From the NCBI GenBank assembly GCA_016217875.1, contig JACRFN010000080.1, positions 1 through 32,104 of the forward strand: a stretch of DNA of 32,104 nucleotides, read 5' to 3'. This document shows, piece after piece, positions 18,297 to 27,785 of the stretch. A model generated the notes under the pieces. It had not been told where the DNA came from and ran no database searches. It worked only from the letters and a program-made list of their open reading frames with translations. The stretch comes from Candidatus Kerfeldbacteria bacterium (GTDB lineage Bacteria > Patescibacteriota > Patescibacteriia > Veblenbacterales > UBA10138). Within the stretch, counting starts at the first letter, position 1. Each line of letters starts with the position of its first letter. The translations under genes were made by a program, and so were the position numbers.

Positions 18297-18332
18297 AAAT
18301 TCCTCCAAATTATGCAATTTTGTTTTCAAAGT

Positions 18333-18361
18333 AGATTAACATAGGGGGTGGAAAAAGTCAA
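18333..18361 (-). promoter_or_regulatory. Sigma70-type promoter of the aminopeptidase gene
   Basis: TTGACT-17 nt-TAATCT with an extended TG. Confidence 0.5.
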
Positions 18362-18372
18362 AATAGTTATAT

Positions 18373-19209
18373 TTATAGTAGGCTTCGATTTATCCAAGCC
18401 GCTGTAGAAATTATCGGCCAAAACCAGTTGACGTTGTTGCGCGGCGAATCATCATAGAACGACCCTTCATCTAACATAGGACAACAAACTAGCGTCCAAC
18501 CACCTAAATAAACTAAACCTTTCAACCACGTGTTAGCAATCATACCTATGGAAGGAACAATGAGATTACAACCTTCCCACACCGCCCGCTCGTATTCTAT
18601 GTAATATTCTGTGACGTCATAACCCTTACCGCGTAGAAATTCAGCCGCCTCCTCGCAGTATTTGGCTATTTCTTCCAACAGACCAAATTCACCCACACGA
18701 CCACTAAGCCTTCTGGTACTGGCGACGCCGATTTTGGGGATATAACCTAAATCAGTAAGCCACCTAGCTGCTCGCTCTGCCTCAGCCTGCTTTTGCTCAA
18801 GTGTTAAAGAATTATAATTAGAAGGACTCGAAATAGTAAACCATTGCCTATCCTTAGCTATGGTAAGAGGCGTAAATTTGAACTTTGGCTCGGGTCGTCC
18901 CAACGCTTCCACATACACTTTGTGAGTATAAGAATCTTTTAGTTGCCCGCGAACAAAGCCTTCTACTCTACCTTCTTTGACTAAGTCAACAATAACGTGG
19001 CTGGCCTCGTCGTCGTCTTTGGTGGGCATGCAATTCAATCCTTCAATTTGGCAACCGACCACCGTCAAGTCAGTGTAATTTTGCGCCTGACGCAGACTGT
19101 CAACCACTACTGGCTCCGGCCGCCAGATACCAATAGCAATCCGACGCTGCTTTTGCTGCGCTTCTTTTAAAAACCGACTTTGAATTTCGCTAAGTTTATC
19201 ATCAGGCAT
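18373..19209 (-). CDS. MtxX-like protein (phosphate acyltransferase PTA/PTB fold), paralog B
   Basis: IAIGI, LVKEGRVEGFVRG, PKIGV, IVPSIGMIAN...LVYLGG, DDSPR; collinear paralog of 20527..21357. ATG at 19209 (TTG at 19215 possible). Confidence 0.6.
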   Translation of the reverse strand: MPDDKLSEIQSRFLKEAQQKQRRIAIGIWRPEPVVVDSLRQAQNYTDLTVVGCQIEGLNCMPTKDDDEASHVIVDLVKEGRVEGFVRGQLKDSYTHKVYVEALGRPEPKFKFTPLTIAKDRQWFTISSPSNYNSLTLEQKQAEAERAARWLTDLGYIPKIGVASTRRLSGRVGEFGLLEEIAKYCEEAAEFLRGKGYDVTEYYIEYERAVWEGCNLIVPSIGMIANTWLKGLVYLGGWTLVCCPMLDEGSFYDDSPRNNVNWFWPIISTAAWINRSLL

Positions 19210-19225
19210 AATCAACGGTGAATAG

Positions 19226-20524
19226 TTAACGTTTAGTTAATAATCTCACCTCACCTCTCTTAGCGTCAACCTCAACAAGATCACCATCCTTAAGCACCTT
19301 GGTAGCAACTTTAGTGCCAATAATGCAAGGTTTTTTCATCTCACGCGCCATGATACTCGCATGGCATGTTATACCGCCCTCATCAGTCACGAAAGCCGCG
19401 GCGCGTTTCATAGCTATAACAAATGATGGGAAGGTCATTTGGGTAACTAAGATATCACCTGTTTTTACCTTATCCAATTCGTTAACATACTTAACCACCT
19501 TAACAATACCGCGCAACTTACCAGGGTATGCTATCGTACCGCGCACCTTGGTGGTGGTAAGACTCATCTTGGGTAAAATCGGTTTACTAAAGAAGGCTAT
19601 ATTACCGCGCCAAGCCGCCGCTGTAAGATTGGATGAGTAAAAGTGGGGATTACCTGCCAATAAATCATGGATTGAACAATCCCTAAGTTTTTCAAAAGGA
19701 ATATTATATCTATCACCTACAGCGCGTATAACCGGCCTGGCCAAGAACATAAACTCATATAACACATCCGTCCGTAGAGTACGGAAATAGACAAGTTCCT
19801 GTACCACTTTGACTAAAGGGCGTAATGGCACTGGCACGTAAACTCTGGTTTGAATTGGCTTATTTTTTTGTCGTTTTAATTCCTCTCGCTTCTCTTTTAA
19901 ATCCTGCAAAGTAAACCCCGGCGAAAAACCGTCACGAGCTCTCATCCAACTGTATTTATTAAGAATGGTATACAAATCATTATTACGTCGTAGTGCCATC
20001 TCAAAAAGTGCGTACTTATTTTTCTTTATTGGGAAACTAATGTCACCAATGAATTTATCGATGTCGCCTTTAACATATTTTGGCACTTGACGTTTGAGCT
20101 CTTCAGTATAGATATCCTCGAACCCGTGAGCCAGCCAGATATATGACGTAATAGTAGTCAAAATCTTATACAATTCTGCTAGTTTATCTAACGAGTTAAC
20201 TCGAGCCCTTAAGAGCTTATTGATACGCATTTTGTTCTCACGGTAAAACGACTCACAGGAGCTAGAAACCTTAAAAATTGTGACGCCATGTCGTAGATTA
20301 TCACGCAGTTGGTCAGCAAAATCTTTATTTATATCCTGGCTTAACTGCCAACTGTGATTTTCAAATAGCCAAGCCTTCAACTCAGCATTAACTCCAGCCC
20401 ATTTCATGTACCGCCGTGTCATACCGTCCTTGAACAGCGACAGAATAAAGGCTCTAAAAGGACGCTCCATCCAAGGCGTCCAAGCGTAAGAAATTATATT
20501 TTTTTTAATTTCTGGCAAGGTCAT
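19226..20524 (-). CDS. Helical domain + PEP-utilising phospho-His swivel domain protein (paralog 1)
   Basis: C-terminal GDILVTQMTFP...TDEGGITCHASIMAREMKKPCIIGT; central YSWM motif. Confidence 0.9.
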   Translation of the reverse strand: MTLPEIKKNIISYAWTPWMERPFRAFILSLFKDGMTRRYMKWAGVNAELKAWLFENHSWQLSQDINKDFADQLRDNLRHGVTIFKVSSSCESFYRENKMRINKLLRARVNSLDKLAELYKILTTITSYIWLAHGFEDIYTEELKRQVPKYVKGDIDKFIGDISFPIKKNKYALFEMALRRNNDLYTILNKYSWMRARDGFSPGFTLQDLKEKREELKRQKNKPIQTRVYVPVPLRPLVKVVQELVYFRTLRTDVLYEFMFLARPVIRAVGDRYNIPFEKLRDCSIHDLLAGNPHFYSSNLTAAAWRGNIAFFSKPILPKMSLTTTKVRGTIAYPGKLRGIVKVVKYVNELDKVKTGDILVTQMTFPSFVIAMKRAAAFVTDEGGITCHASIMAREMKKPCIIGTKVATKVLKDGDLVEVDAKRGEVRLLTKR

Positions 20525-20526
20525 GA

Positions 20527-21357
20527 TTATGACTTTTCTTTATTAACCATCGCCACGCAATGTACAATATGCCAAAAGAAATCTTTCTCATTACGACTGC
20601 CATCCTCATATGACACTCCTAAATCCAAATAAGGACAAGAAATGGTCTGCCATCCTCCTAGGTATACAAGCGCCCTGAATAACGCATTACCCACTAAACC
20701 AATTGACGGAATAATTAAATTGCTATGTTGCCAAACTGCCGTTTCGTATTCAAAAAAATATTCGGTTACATCATAACCACGCTTACGTAGGTAGATGGCT
20801 AGTTGTTTATTTGTCTCTGCTAAATCATCAAGCAATTTATACTTACCAACATGGCTCGTAGTACGCAGGCTGGACATCACACCAATTTTGGGAACGACTC
20901 CCAAATCTTCCTCCATATACTTAATAATCCTATCTACTTCATATTTCTTATCATCAATAGTCATGCCATGATAAATAGAACTGGTACTGGCCACAAAACA
21001 GTATTCTCCTTTCTTGAGCACTGCTGGACAGATTTTTCTATTACTTGGTAACGGCTCTTTGTTGAACTGGCGATGAAATTCATCAAGGGTAAAAGAGTCC
21101 TTTACTTGACCTCGCACTATACCGTCTACCTTTCCCTCTTTGAGGAGCCGGATGATAATTCTACTGGCTTCATCATCGTTTGGTTCAACAATATTCTCAA
21201 ACCCATCAACTTTAGCACCCACTATTACCAAATCGGCATACTCAGACGCTCTCTGTAGACTATCTAACGTTTCGGGAATAGGCCGTAAAATACCAATAGC
21301 TACCTTTCTTTTGGTAAGTTTGGCCTTATCAAGAAACGCTTGGGAAAGATCCAACAT
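20527..21357 (-). CDS. MtxX-like protein (phosphate acyltransferase PTA/PTB fold), paralog A
   Basis: VAIGI, LLKEGKVDGIVRG, PKIGVMS..R, IIP..G..GNALFRALVYLGG, EDGSR. These resemble the recalled MtxX motifs (D..VRG, GNLIFR.L, VDTSR). Confidence 0.65.
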   Translation of the reverse strand: MLDLSQAFLDKAKLTKRKVAIGILRPIPETLDSLQRASEYADLVIVGAKVDGFENIVEPNDDEASRIIIRLLKEGKVDGIVRGQVKDSFTLDEFHRQFNKEPLPSNRKICPAVLKKGEYCFVASTSSIYHGMTIDDKKYEVDRIIKYMEEDLGVVPKIGVMSSLRTTSHVGKYKLLDDLAETNKQLAIYLRKRGYDVTEYFFEYETAVWQHSNLIIPSIGLVGNALFRALVYLGGWQTISCPYLDLGVSYEDGSRNEKDFFWHIVHCVAMVNKEKS

Positions 21358-21368
21358 AAACTTATGAA

Positions 21369-22196
21369 TTAATCATTATATATAAAAATTGGCTCAGTAT
21401 AATAACGTATCTGGTTGTGTGATAAACGTTGCTCCAGCAATTTACGCAAGAATCTATTTTTTGTTGTGATACTGCGCCGGGAACGCACTATCTCGAGTGG
21501 TATGTCCAAACGTAATATTCTGCCCTCTATCGCATGTCTAGTTATACCACTAGGCATATAAATACCGAGTCTGACTGCTTTAATTACATCAATTTCTCTA
21601 AACGGCATAAAAACAAAAAGCGGGCGCGCCTCAGGGTATTCACGACGCAACTCTTTGTAATCAATACCCAACACTCGGAAAAATTTATAACGTCCTTTAT
21701 AAACCTTAACCGCCTTATCAAGCGCCTGGATTTGCCTAGTAAAATCCCGACCAGCGTCTATACACCACGTCGTACGGCCGTCAACAACATAAAGCACTAT
21801 AGCGCGCCGCTTAAGCAGCCGGCGGGCCTTAAGTAGGGTGGTGGCATAAACTTTGGCACCTGTCGCACGCCGTAAGGCCGAAAAAAGCCTACGCCCACCA
21901 GACAAACCGGTTACCAAATGATTCCAGGTCATAAGCCTAACTTCAGTACCGCCATACCTCACTATCTGAACCGGTATCTCTTGGTAGCCTAGTTGTTTGA
22001 AAACCGTCGTGCGGTTGGCACCATCCAGCACTATGTACTTTTTGCCCCCAGCCGTAGGTGCCACCATGGGAGGATTGGTAAAAACCTCGGCTCGCGATAT
22101 GATGCGCTTAAGCTTAGCAATGCGCGCCGAATCAACCTCCTCATGAAGAAGTAACCTATCAAGCTCAACAAACTTTATTGTCGGTAGATTATTCAT
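21369..22196 (-). CDS. ParB/Srx-fold kinase, SbnI/SerK-like free L-serine kinase family
   Basis: LLLHEE, NPPMV, YIVLDGANR, IPVQ, MTWNH and the C-terminal PSGITRH.I.GR.L.L.IPL, matching the recalled SbnI pattern. Confidence 0.75.
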   Translation of the reverse strand: MNNLPTIKFVELDRLLLHEEVDSARIAKLKRIISRAEVFTNPPMVAPTAGGKKYIVLDGANRTTVFKQLGYQEIPVQIVRYGGTEVRLMTWNHLVTGLSGGRRLFSALRRATGAKVYATTLLKARRLLKRRAIVLYVVDGRTTWCIDAGRDFTRQIQALDKAVKVYKGRYKFFRVLGIDYKELRREYPEARPLFVFMPFREIDVIKAVRLGIYMPSGITRHAIEGRILRLDIPLEIVRSRRSITTKNRFLRKLLEQRLSHNQIRYYTEPIFIYND

Positions 22197-22223
22197 TGCC
22201 TAATTATGATTTATTGATAAGTC

Positions 22224-23237
22224 CTAGCCCTCTATATTATCCCCTTCTCCGGGAAATTTAACCCTTTTATATTCAACAGACCATTGTTTAGACCCTCTAT
22301 CATATGTATAACACGCATACTCGCCGGGTAGCGGATAAGGATCCTTGGCGCCAACCTCCTTTTTCTTTTGCCACAATGGACCACTGTGAGTCACAGCCAC
22401 AACTACCACCTTACGGTCACCTATCTTTTCTTTGGGTAAGGTACTAACAATTTCCTCAAGCGCCTTATCAGAACGACGCGCTACATCAACAGGAGTGTCA
22501 TATGGCTTATCTGGGACAGGTGTGTCGTCTGTAGCACCTAAGACACCAGTACGCTGTTCAGCCTGTGTAAGTTCGGCTGCCCAAATATGCATTAATTCCT
22601 TACCACCCTTTAGACTTTTGGTACTTTCACCAGTTCTTTCATTAACCACCTTACGTAGTTCAACCAACAATGACTTTGGTACATCAAGGTCACCCAACTC
22701 CTTATGCGGTTCTAAACGTAACGAAATTATGTCACGATTCGACGCCGATCGTTCACCTTCTTCTATCAATCTATCGAAACGGGCAGTAGCTATATCAATG
22801 GTATACTCCGAGCGCGGCTGTCCGCTTCCTACCCATACCACAGCTGCCTTGTCGCCGGCATTTTGGTAAAGCTCCTCAGCCAAAGCCACGGCCCGAAGCG
22901 TCCCCCGTGGCGATAGTGATTTTTCAATAAAATCGTCCACCTTAAGTTCGGCGCGTCCATGGCTTTCTGGTTTACGCTTTAAATAACCGCCTTTTTCCTC
23001 CCAACGCTCAATATCAGCAAAAACATTAGCCAAAGCTTGCTCTTGCTGTAAAATTTTAGCTGTCTGTAGCTGACTAACGCCTTGCTCAAGAAGCTTTTGA
23101 ATTTCAGTTCTAAGTTTAGTCCGCGCCTCAGCATAACGCTGAATTTCTTCCGGCCCCCTCAGCTCGGATTTATCCATATGACGGATTTCACGGATCTCTG
23201 ATAAATCTATTTCTGGGGGTACCTCTTTTTTAAGCAT
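22224..23237 (-). CDS. Divergent histidine phosphatase (phosphoglycerate mutase-like) superfamily protein
   Basis: IRHM (RHG variant), LSPRG, SGQPRSEYT (SxxxRxxxT) and VVAVTHSG, in canonical order. Confidence 0.6.
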   Translation of the reverse strand: MLKKEVPPEIDLSEIREIRHMDKSELRGPEEIQRYAEARTKLRTEIQKLLEQGVSQLQTAKILQQEQALANVFADIERWEEKGGYLKRKPESHGRAELKVDDFIEKSLSPRGTLRAVALAEELYQNAGDKAAVVWVGSGQPRSEYTIDIATARFDRLIEEGERSASNRDIISLRLEPHKELGDLDVPKSLLVELRKVVNERTGESTKSLKGGKELMHIWAAELTQAEQRTGVLGATDDTPVPDKPYDTPVDVARRSDKALEEIVSTLPKEKIGDRKVVVVAVTHSGPLWQKKKEVGAKDPYPLPGEYACYTYDRGSKQWSVEYKRVKFPGEGDNIEG

Positions 23238-23256
23238 AAGCGTTATAGACTAGCGA

Positions 23257-24786
23257 TTAGTTAACTAGTTTTACTATACCTGTTTCAGGAATTAATTCTA
23301 TCTTATCACCATCATGAAAAACTGACGTAGCGATTTTGGTACTAATAATGCAAGGTATTTTTAACTCGCGTGAAATAATGGCGGCATGACAAGTAAGCGC
23401 TCCTTCGTTAGTAACGATTCCCTTCACCTTGCGAAGTATAGGTACCATATCTGGTGAAGTCATCATGGTTACTAATATATCTCCCTGACGCACCTTGCGA
23501 ATTTCCTTAGCCGTCATTAAAATGCGCGCCGTGCCTTGAACATGACCATGGTAAACAGTCAAACCACTAACGTAGCTTTGTTTGCTAGCCGAGGTCTTAG
23601 GGAGCTCGCGCTTTATATATTGCCTAGCAGCTACTCCTGTCAGAACTGACTCTTTACCGTGCTTTAGAATAAGAACGGCCAGCTGATGACGGGCGTTGAT
23701 AACCGGCCGTGGTGGAAGTACACCTTTTTGTAAAAATAATCTTATTTCACGAGCAGTCAACACCATCAATTCTTTGTTTAGCAAACGTGCCCGACGTGCT
23801 ACTTCAGTATAAAGTTTTTGCAAACGATAATTGCCATAACCTTGCATATAGCCAAACTGTGTGCGAAGCGAAAGGTAAACCCCAAGATAGCCTAGCAAAC
23901 GCCTAATATGTAAAGGAGGGTTAACCTGCTTAATAAGGTCACGACGCCGCTGTTGGACACTATCTGACTGGTTTTTAATCTCGCGACGACGTACTAAATA
24001 CCTTTTACTAGTAGTCAAATTAATTAATCTGGTCAAGAAATCTTTTGGTGTCCAAGCGGGCCCCTCAATAAACACAGGTAACCAGCAATAATTTGAAATG
24101 TGTTTATTGAATTTTCTGGCAAAGGTCGGATAACGGTCGGCTAGCGTACCAATAAGCTTAGACTGTCGTTTTACTTTTTTAAGTAAAGGTAAAAGCCCGC
24201 GAGTTTTTACTACCCCGGCCGCCAGGTTAATCAATTGTTTTTCCTCTTTTATGCCCAGTGTTCCTCCTTGCGGCACAATAAGCTGGCTTAAGAATTGGTC
24301 TAGCAAATCATCAGTAAGCGCCTTACCAGACTTAGCCAGCTTTAGTTTAAGCCATCGTCTTACGTCTCGCGCCAAAGCATTACTTAGTACCCTGGTACTA
24401 ATAGGGCCATAAGCCGCAAATAGCTTATAAGTATTAACGGCCTGATTAAAAACAGCTAAAAGCTGACGATTTGTAAGTTGCCTGATTTTAAGACTGTCAA
24501 TAATACGACCCATCTGAACCAACAGCTGCTCACGAAGCTTAAATTGTCGCAAATTTTCCTTAACAAAGTGGTCACTATGAGAAACTTTACGCGCCAGATA
24601 GTCAGTGAGCATTTGCATCTCCGCGGCCAAACAATAGCCACCTCCTATACCAGGTTTGAATATCGCCATACGCTCTGTGTAGCCACGGCCAATAAGGCGC
24701 TTAAGATCATAAGACATCGACTCGTGATGAATCGAGCCTGATAGGACAGAGAAATTTCTAGTGCTCTTTTTCTCCCATTTGTCCAT
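23257..24786 (-). CDS. Helical domain + phospho-His swivel domain protein (paralog 2)
   Basis: GDILVTMMTSPD...TNEGALTCHAAIISRELKIPCII; central H...YCWL. Confidence 0.9.
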   Translation of the reverse strand: MDKWEKKSTRNFSVLSGSIHHESMSYDLKRLIGRGYTERMAIFKPGIGGGYCLAAEMQMLTDYLARKVSHSDHFVKENLRQFKLREQLLVQMGRIIDSLKIRQLTNRQLLAVFNQAVNTYKLFAAYGPISTRVLSNALARDVRRWLKLKLAKSGKALTDDLLDQFLSQLIVPQGGTLGIKEEKQLINLAAGVVKTRGLLPLLKKVKRQSKLIGTLADRYPTFARKFNKHISNYCWLPVFIEGPAWTPKDFLTRLINLTTSKRYLVRRREIKNQSDSVQQRRRDLIKQVNPPLHIRRLLGYLGVYLSLRTQFGYMQGYGNYRLQKLYTEVARRARLLNKELMVLTAREIRLFLQKGVLPPRPVINARHQLAVLILKHGKESVLTGVAARQYIKRELPKTSASKQSYVSGLTVYHGHVQGTARILMTAKEIRKVRQGDILVTMMTSPDMVPILRKVKGIVTNEGALTCHAAIISRELKIPCIISTKIATSVFHDGDKIELIPETGIVKLVN

Positions 24787-24828
24787 ATACTATACAATAT
24801 AACTCAATGTTTAAGTTGGCCGTGAACA

Positions 24829-26340
24829 CTATAGTTTTCTCACCTTTCCCTGCCTTAAGTCAAGTTCTACCTTATCCCCTGTTTTTAAAATTTTGCTGGC
24901 TGTTTTAGTGCCAATTATGCACGTAACGCCTAACTCGCGTGCGATAATGGCTGCATGGGAAGTAATGCCACCCTCATCTGTAACAATGGCAGACGCCCGA
25001 CGCATAATAGTAACGAAATCCGGCCTGGTCATGGTAGTTACTAAAATGCGTCCGGTTTTGAAGTTATCACGGTGCGGATCAAGTACTACCTGAACCACAC
25101 CTTTAAGTCTGCTCACCGGAGCCGAGGCTACCTGGCCTTTTATCTCGCTCCCCTGCTTTTTGAATATGGCCCGCCACAACCGCCCAGCAGATACGCCGGT
25201 AATAAACTCGTCGCGTACTCCATTATGTTCCCTAACAACTACATAAACGGAAAACTTCCTCCGCGCGGCGAGTGCTGACATTGTGGGTAGTACTCCGCGC
25301 TTTAATCCGGCTACAGCTTCCTCAGTTGTCATATACTTTACTTGCCACAGCGGACGCGATAGCCTGCGAGCTATAGCACGTGCATACGCTTCCAAGTACC
25401 AATTAACAATAAGCGCCGTGTGCTTACGCTGGTCTATCCAACCAGCCCACCAGCAAAGCAACCTAAATGCCGCGCGTAGATCGGTTGACAACTTATACTG
25501 CTGAAGTACCATTGACCGAAGCCCGGCTGCTCGTCTTACTTTCGTGCCTAAACTCCTCAACTCCTGTTGTAACTCACGCTTAGATTTATTTTGGCATAAG
25601 TGTCGCAACTGTTGCCACACAGTACCCGAATTAAACGGGCGGCCCTCTCGGTAGTTCGATAACAGCCAAAGGTAGTGATTTGCGAATGATGCTATTCGTT
25701 CTTTAAACTCAGACGACACCTTATGTAAAGATGCAGTCTTTCTCACCGAGCCGTACCCACGAATAGCTAACCTTAATAGCGCTTGATGCTGTTCCTCCAT
25801 AAAGCTAAGCTGCTTGGGCGCAGATAAGGCAATAGCGATATCGTTCAACTGTTCAGTAGTAAGTTTGGGTAGTTCGCGTTTTAACAAACCCGGCAGCTCT
25901 TTAGTACCAAAAACGTCAGAGCTTTCCTGAACCCAGGTATATCGCCAGTGATCACGTACTAAATCACTGAAATGCTTAAATGAATGTGCCAGTTCAAAAT
26001 TTTTTAACTTGGGCGCAATCTGCACAAAAGCCCTACCCCACCGTTCTATGGCCGTAGCTACCCTCTTCCAGGCGTTGTACCTGCTAGTTTGATATGACCA
26101 GTTTTGGTTTGAGCGCCGTAGCACGTGATGCCAGACCTTCAGCTTTTGGCTCTCCGGAGTTTCCTCGTAGACAAAATCCTTTTTGAAAAAACAAAAGATG
26201 ATATTGGGTAGCTTAGGATGCCAATATCGTGACTGTTCCACAAATTACCGCATCCACTGACAAAAAAGCGGCACACCAGGACACCCCTCACTCCACCAAG
26301 TATCCCGTTTCACGCTTTTTACCAATTCTGTAACTTTCAT
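24829..26340 (-). pseudogene. Helical domain + phospho-His swivel protein (paralog 3) with an in-frame TAA at codon 32; restart at GTG 26241 possible
   Basis: ATG at 26340 (ATGA overlap with the upstream stop) reads MKVTELVKSVKRDTWWSEGCPGVPLFCQWMR*FVEQSRYW, in frame with ORF 24829..26241. C-terminal TDEGGITSHAAIIARELG. Confidence 0.7.
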
Positions 26341-27785
26341 AGCTTTGTCACCAACCCTTTTATAGCATCCACCCTTACCCTATCCCCTGTTCTTAGTACC
26401 TGGGTGGCTATTTCGGTACCCACCACACAAGGAATACCGAGCTCGCGTGAAACTATAGCGGCGTGCGAAGTAATTCCACCAACATCAGTTACCACAGCCG
26501 CTGCCTTACGCATAGCCACAATAAAATCAGGTGAAGTCATAGTGGTGACTAAAATATCACCTGACTTCATTTTACCCGCCTCTTTAGGTGAAAGAATAAT
26601 ACTAACACGGCCCACCACCAGACCAGAGCTTACTACCTGTCCCCTAAGCTCAATTTCCTTTGCCGACCTGGTCTTGACTTGATACTTATCAAATATTATG
26701 CGAGCCTTATCCCCAAAAACATAGCGAGTCGGCTTCTTAGGGTCCCATATGACCACAAAATAACGTTTCCGCTGTGTTATTTCACTTACAGATACCTTAA
26801 TTTTGTTTTGCGCTAACTGAATAACATCGCGGAACGTATAATAATGCAAGTCACCAAAATTAACTTTATACCTTCTGGACAACTCCCGTAAAATGACGTC
26901 AATAACATGATTGGCTTGAAAAATGTAAGATTTTCTACTGTCTTGCCACCAAATGCAAAATGCCAGTCTTCGCGCGATTTTGAGGGTTGTTTTGCCTAGA
27001 CTCAATTTTTTTACCAACCCTTCTTTAGCCAGCCGGGAGGAACGAATTGAACCGGCAACACTTCGTAACTTACGACGTGCCTCTTCTTGGCGAGACAGAC
27101 CCAAGAGCCGCTTTTTAAAATACGATAGCGGCAGCACGCGCGTATTGTGATAGCTATTCAGCAACCAATAGTACCGCTGTTGGTGTTCTATCAGCTTACG
27201 TGCTAGAAGCCGCTTATCCTTAATTGCCCGTAAGCGCCATAAATCGCATTCCTCTTGTTGGTAAAATGACAATTGTTCAGGCGCCGACAACTTTTCTATA
27301 ATAGCTACTTCATCCTGCTGACGGACTAATTTACGTTCAATGCCTTTTTTAAGCAACAATTCGCCTCCAAAACTGGCTATCTCAGGAAGCAGCCCTACCC
27401 CCCAAAACCTGCGACTGTAAAAATTGTACCAATTATAAACGGTGGAATATAACTTCTGATTCGTAAGTGACCTAAGATAAGACGGCTGTAGGCGACTATT
27501 TAAAGAAACAAAATTTTTTACAATACTTTGCCACACTTGATATGACTTTCTAAACGCTACATCATGTAATATAAACCGTGTAAATACCTTTTCCGCGTGA
27601 GAATACAAATCACTGTGATCAGTAAGGTAAGTAAATCTGTCACTAACATACGATATTAGGCTCAACGGCCAGCCTGGGGAAAATAGCGCCCTATTAGCCG
27701 ACAGTCCTTCGTACCAAGGGTCGGGATATATGGGCCGGCCGTCTATCGGCCCCCAGCGCCATAATTTTCTTTTGGGATTAATCAT
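26337..27785 (-). CDS. Helical domain + phospho-His swivel domain protein (paralog 4)
   Basis: HQQRYYWL, WWQDSRK, TDVGGITSHAAIVSRELGIPCVVGT. Confidence 0.9.
   Translation of the reverse strand: MINPKRKLWRWGPIDGRPIYPDPWYEGLSANRALFSPGWPLSLISYVSDRFTYLTDHSDLYSHAEKVFTRFILHDVAFRKSYQVWQSIVKNFVSLNSRLQPSYLRSLTNQKLYSTVYNWYNFYSRRFWGVGLLPEIASFGGELLLKKGIERKLVRQQDEVAIIEKLSAPEQLSFYQQEECDLWRLRAIKDKRLLARKLIEHQQRYYWLLNSYHNTRVLPLSYFKKRLLGLSRQEEARRKLRSVAGSIRSSRLAKEGLVKKLSLGKTTLKIARRLAFCIWWQDSRKSYIFQANHVIDVILRELSRRYKVNFGDLHYYTFRDVIQLAQNKIKVSVSEITQRKRYFVVIWDPKKPTRYVFGDKARIIFDKYQVKTRSAKEIELRGQVVSSGLVVGRVSIILSPKEAGKMKSGDILVTTMTSPDFIVAMRKAAAVVTDVGGITSHAAIVSRELGIPCVVGTEIATQVLRTGDRVRVDAIKGLVTKL

Noticed and set aside
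21369..22196. Chromosome or plasmid partition ParB
   Set aside because: No HTH, no parA or parS nearby, and the C-terminal motifs fit SbnI/SerK kinases.
26245..26247. Alternative genetic code as the explanation for internal stops
   Set aside because: TAA, TAG and TGA all end conserved genes at the expected positions (e.g. sufS, ackA, OFOR beta), consistent with code 11.
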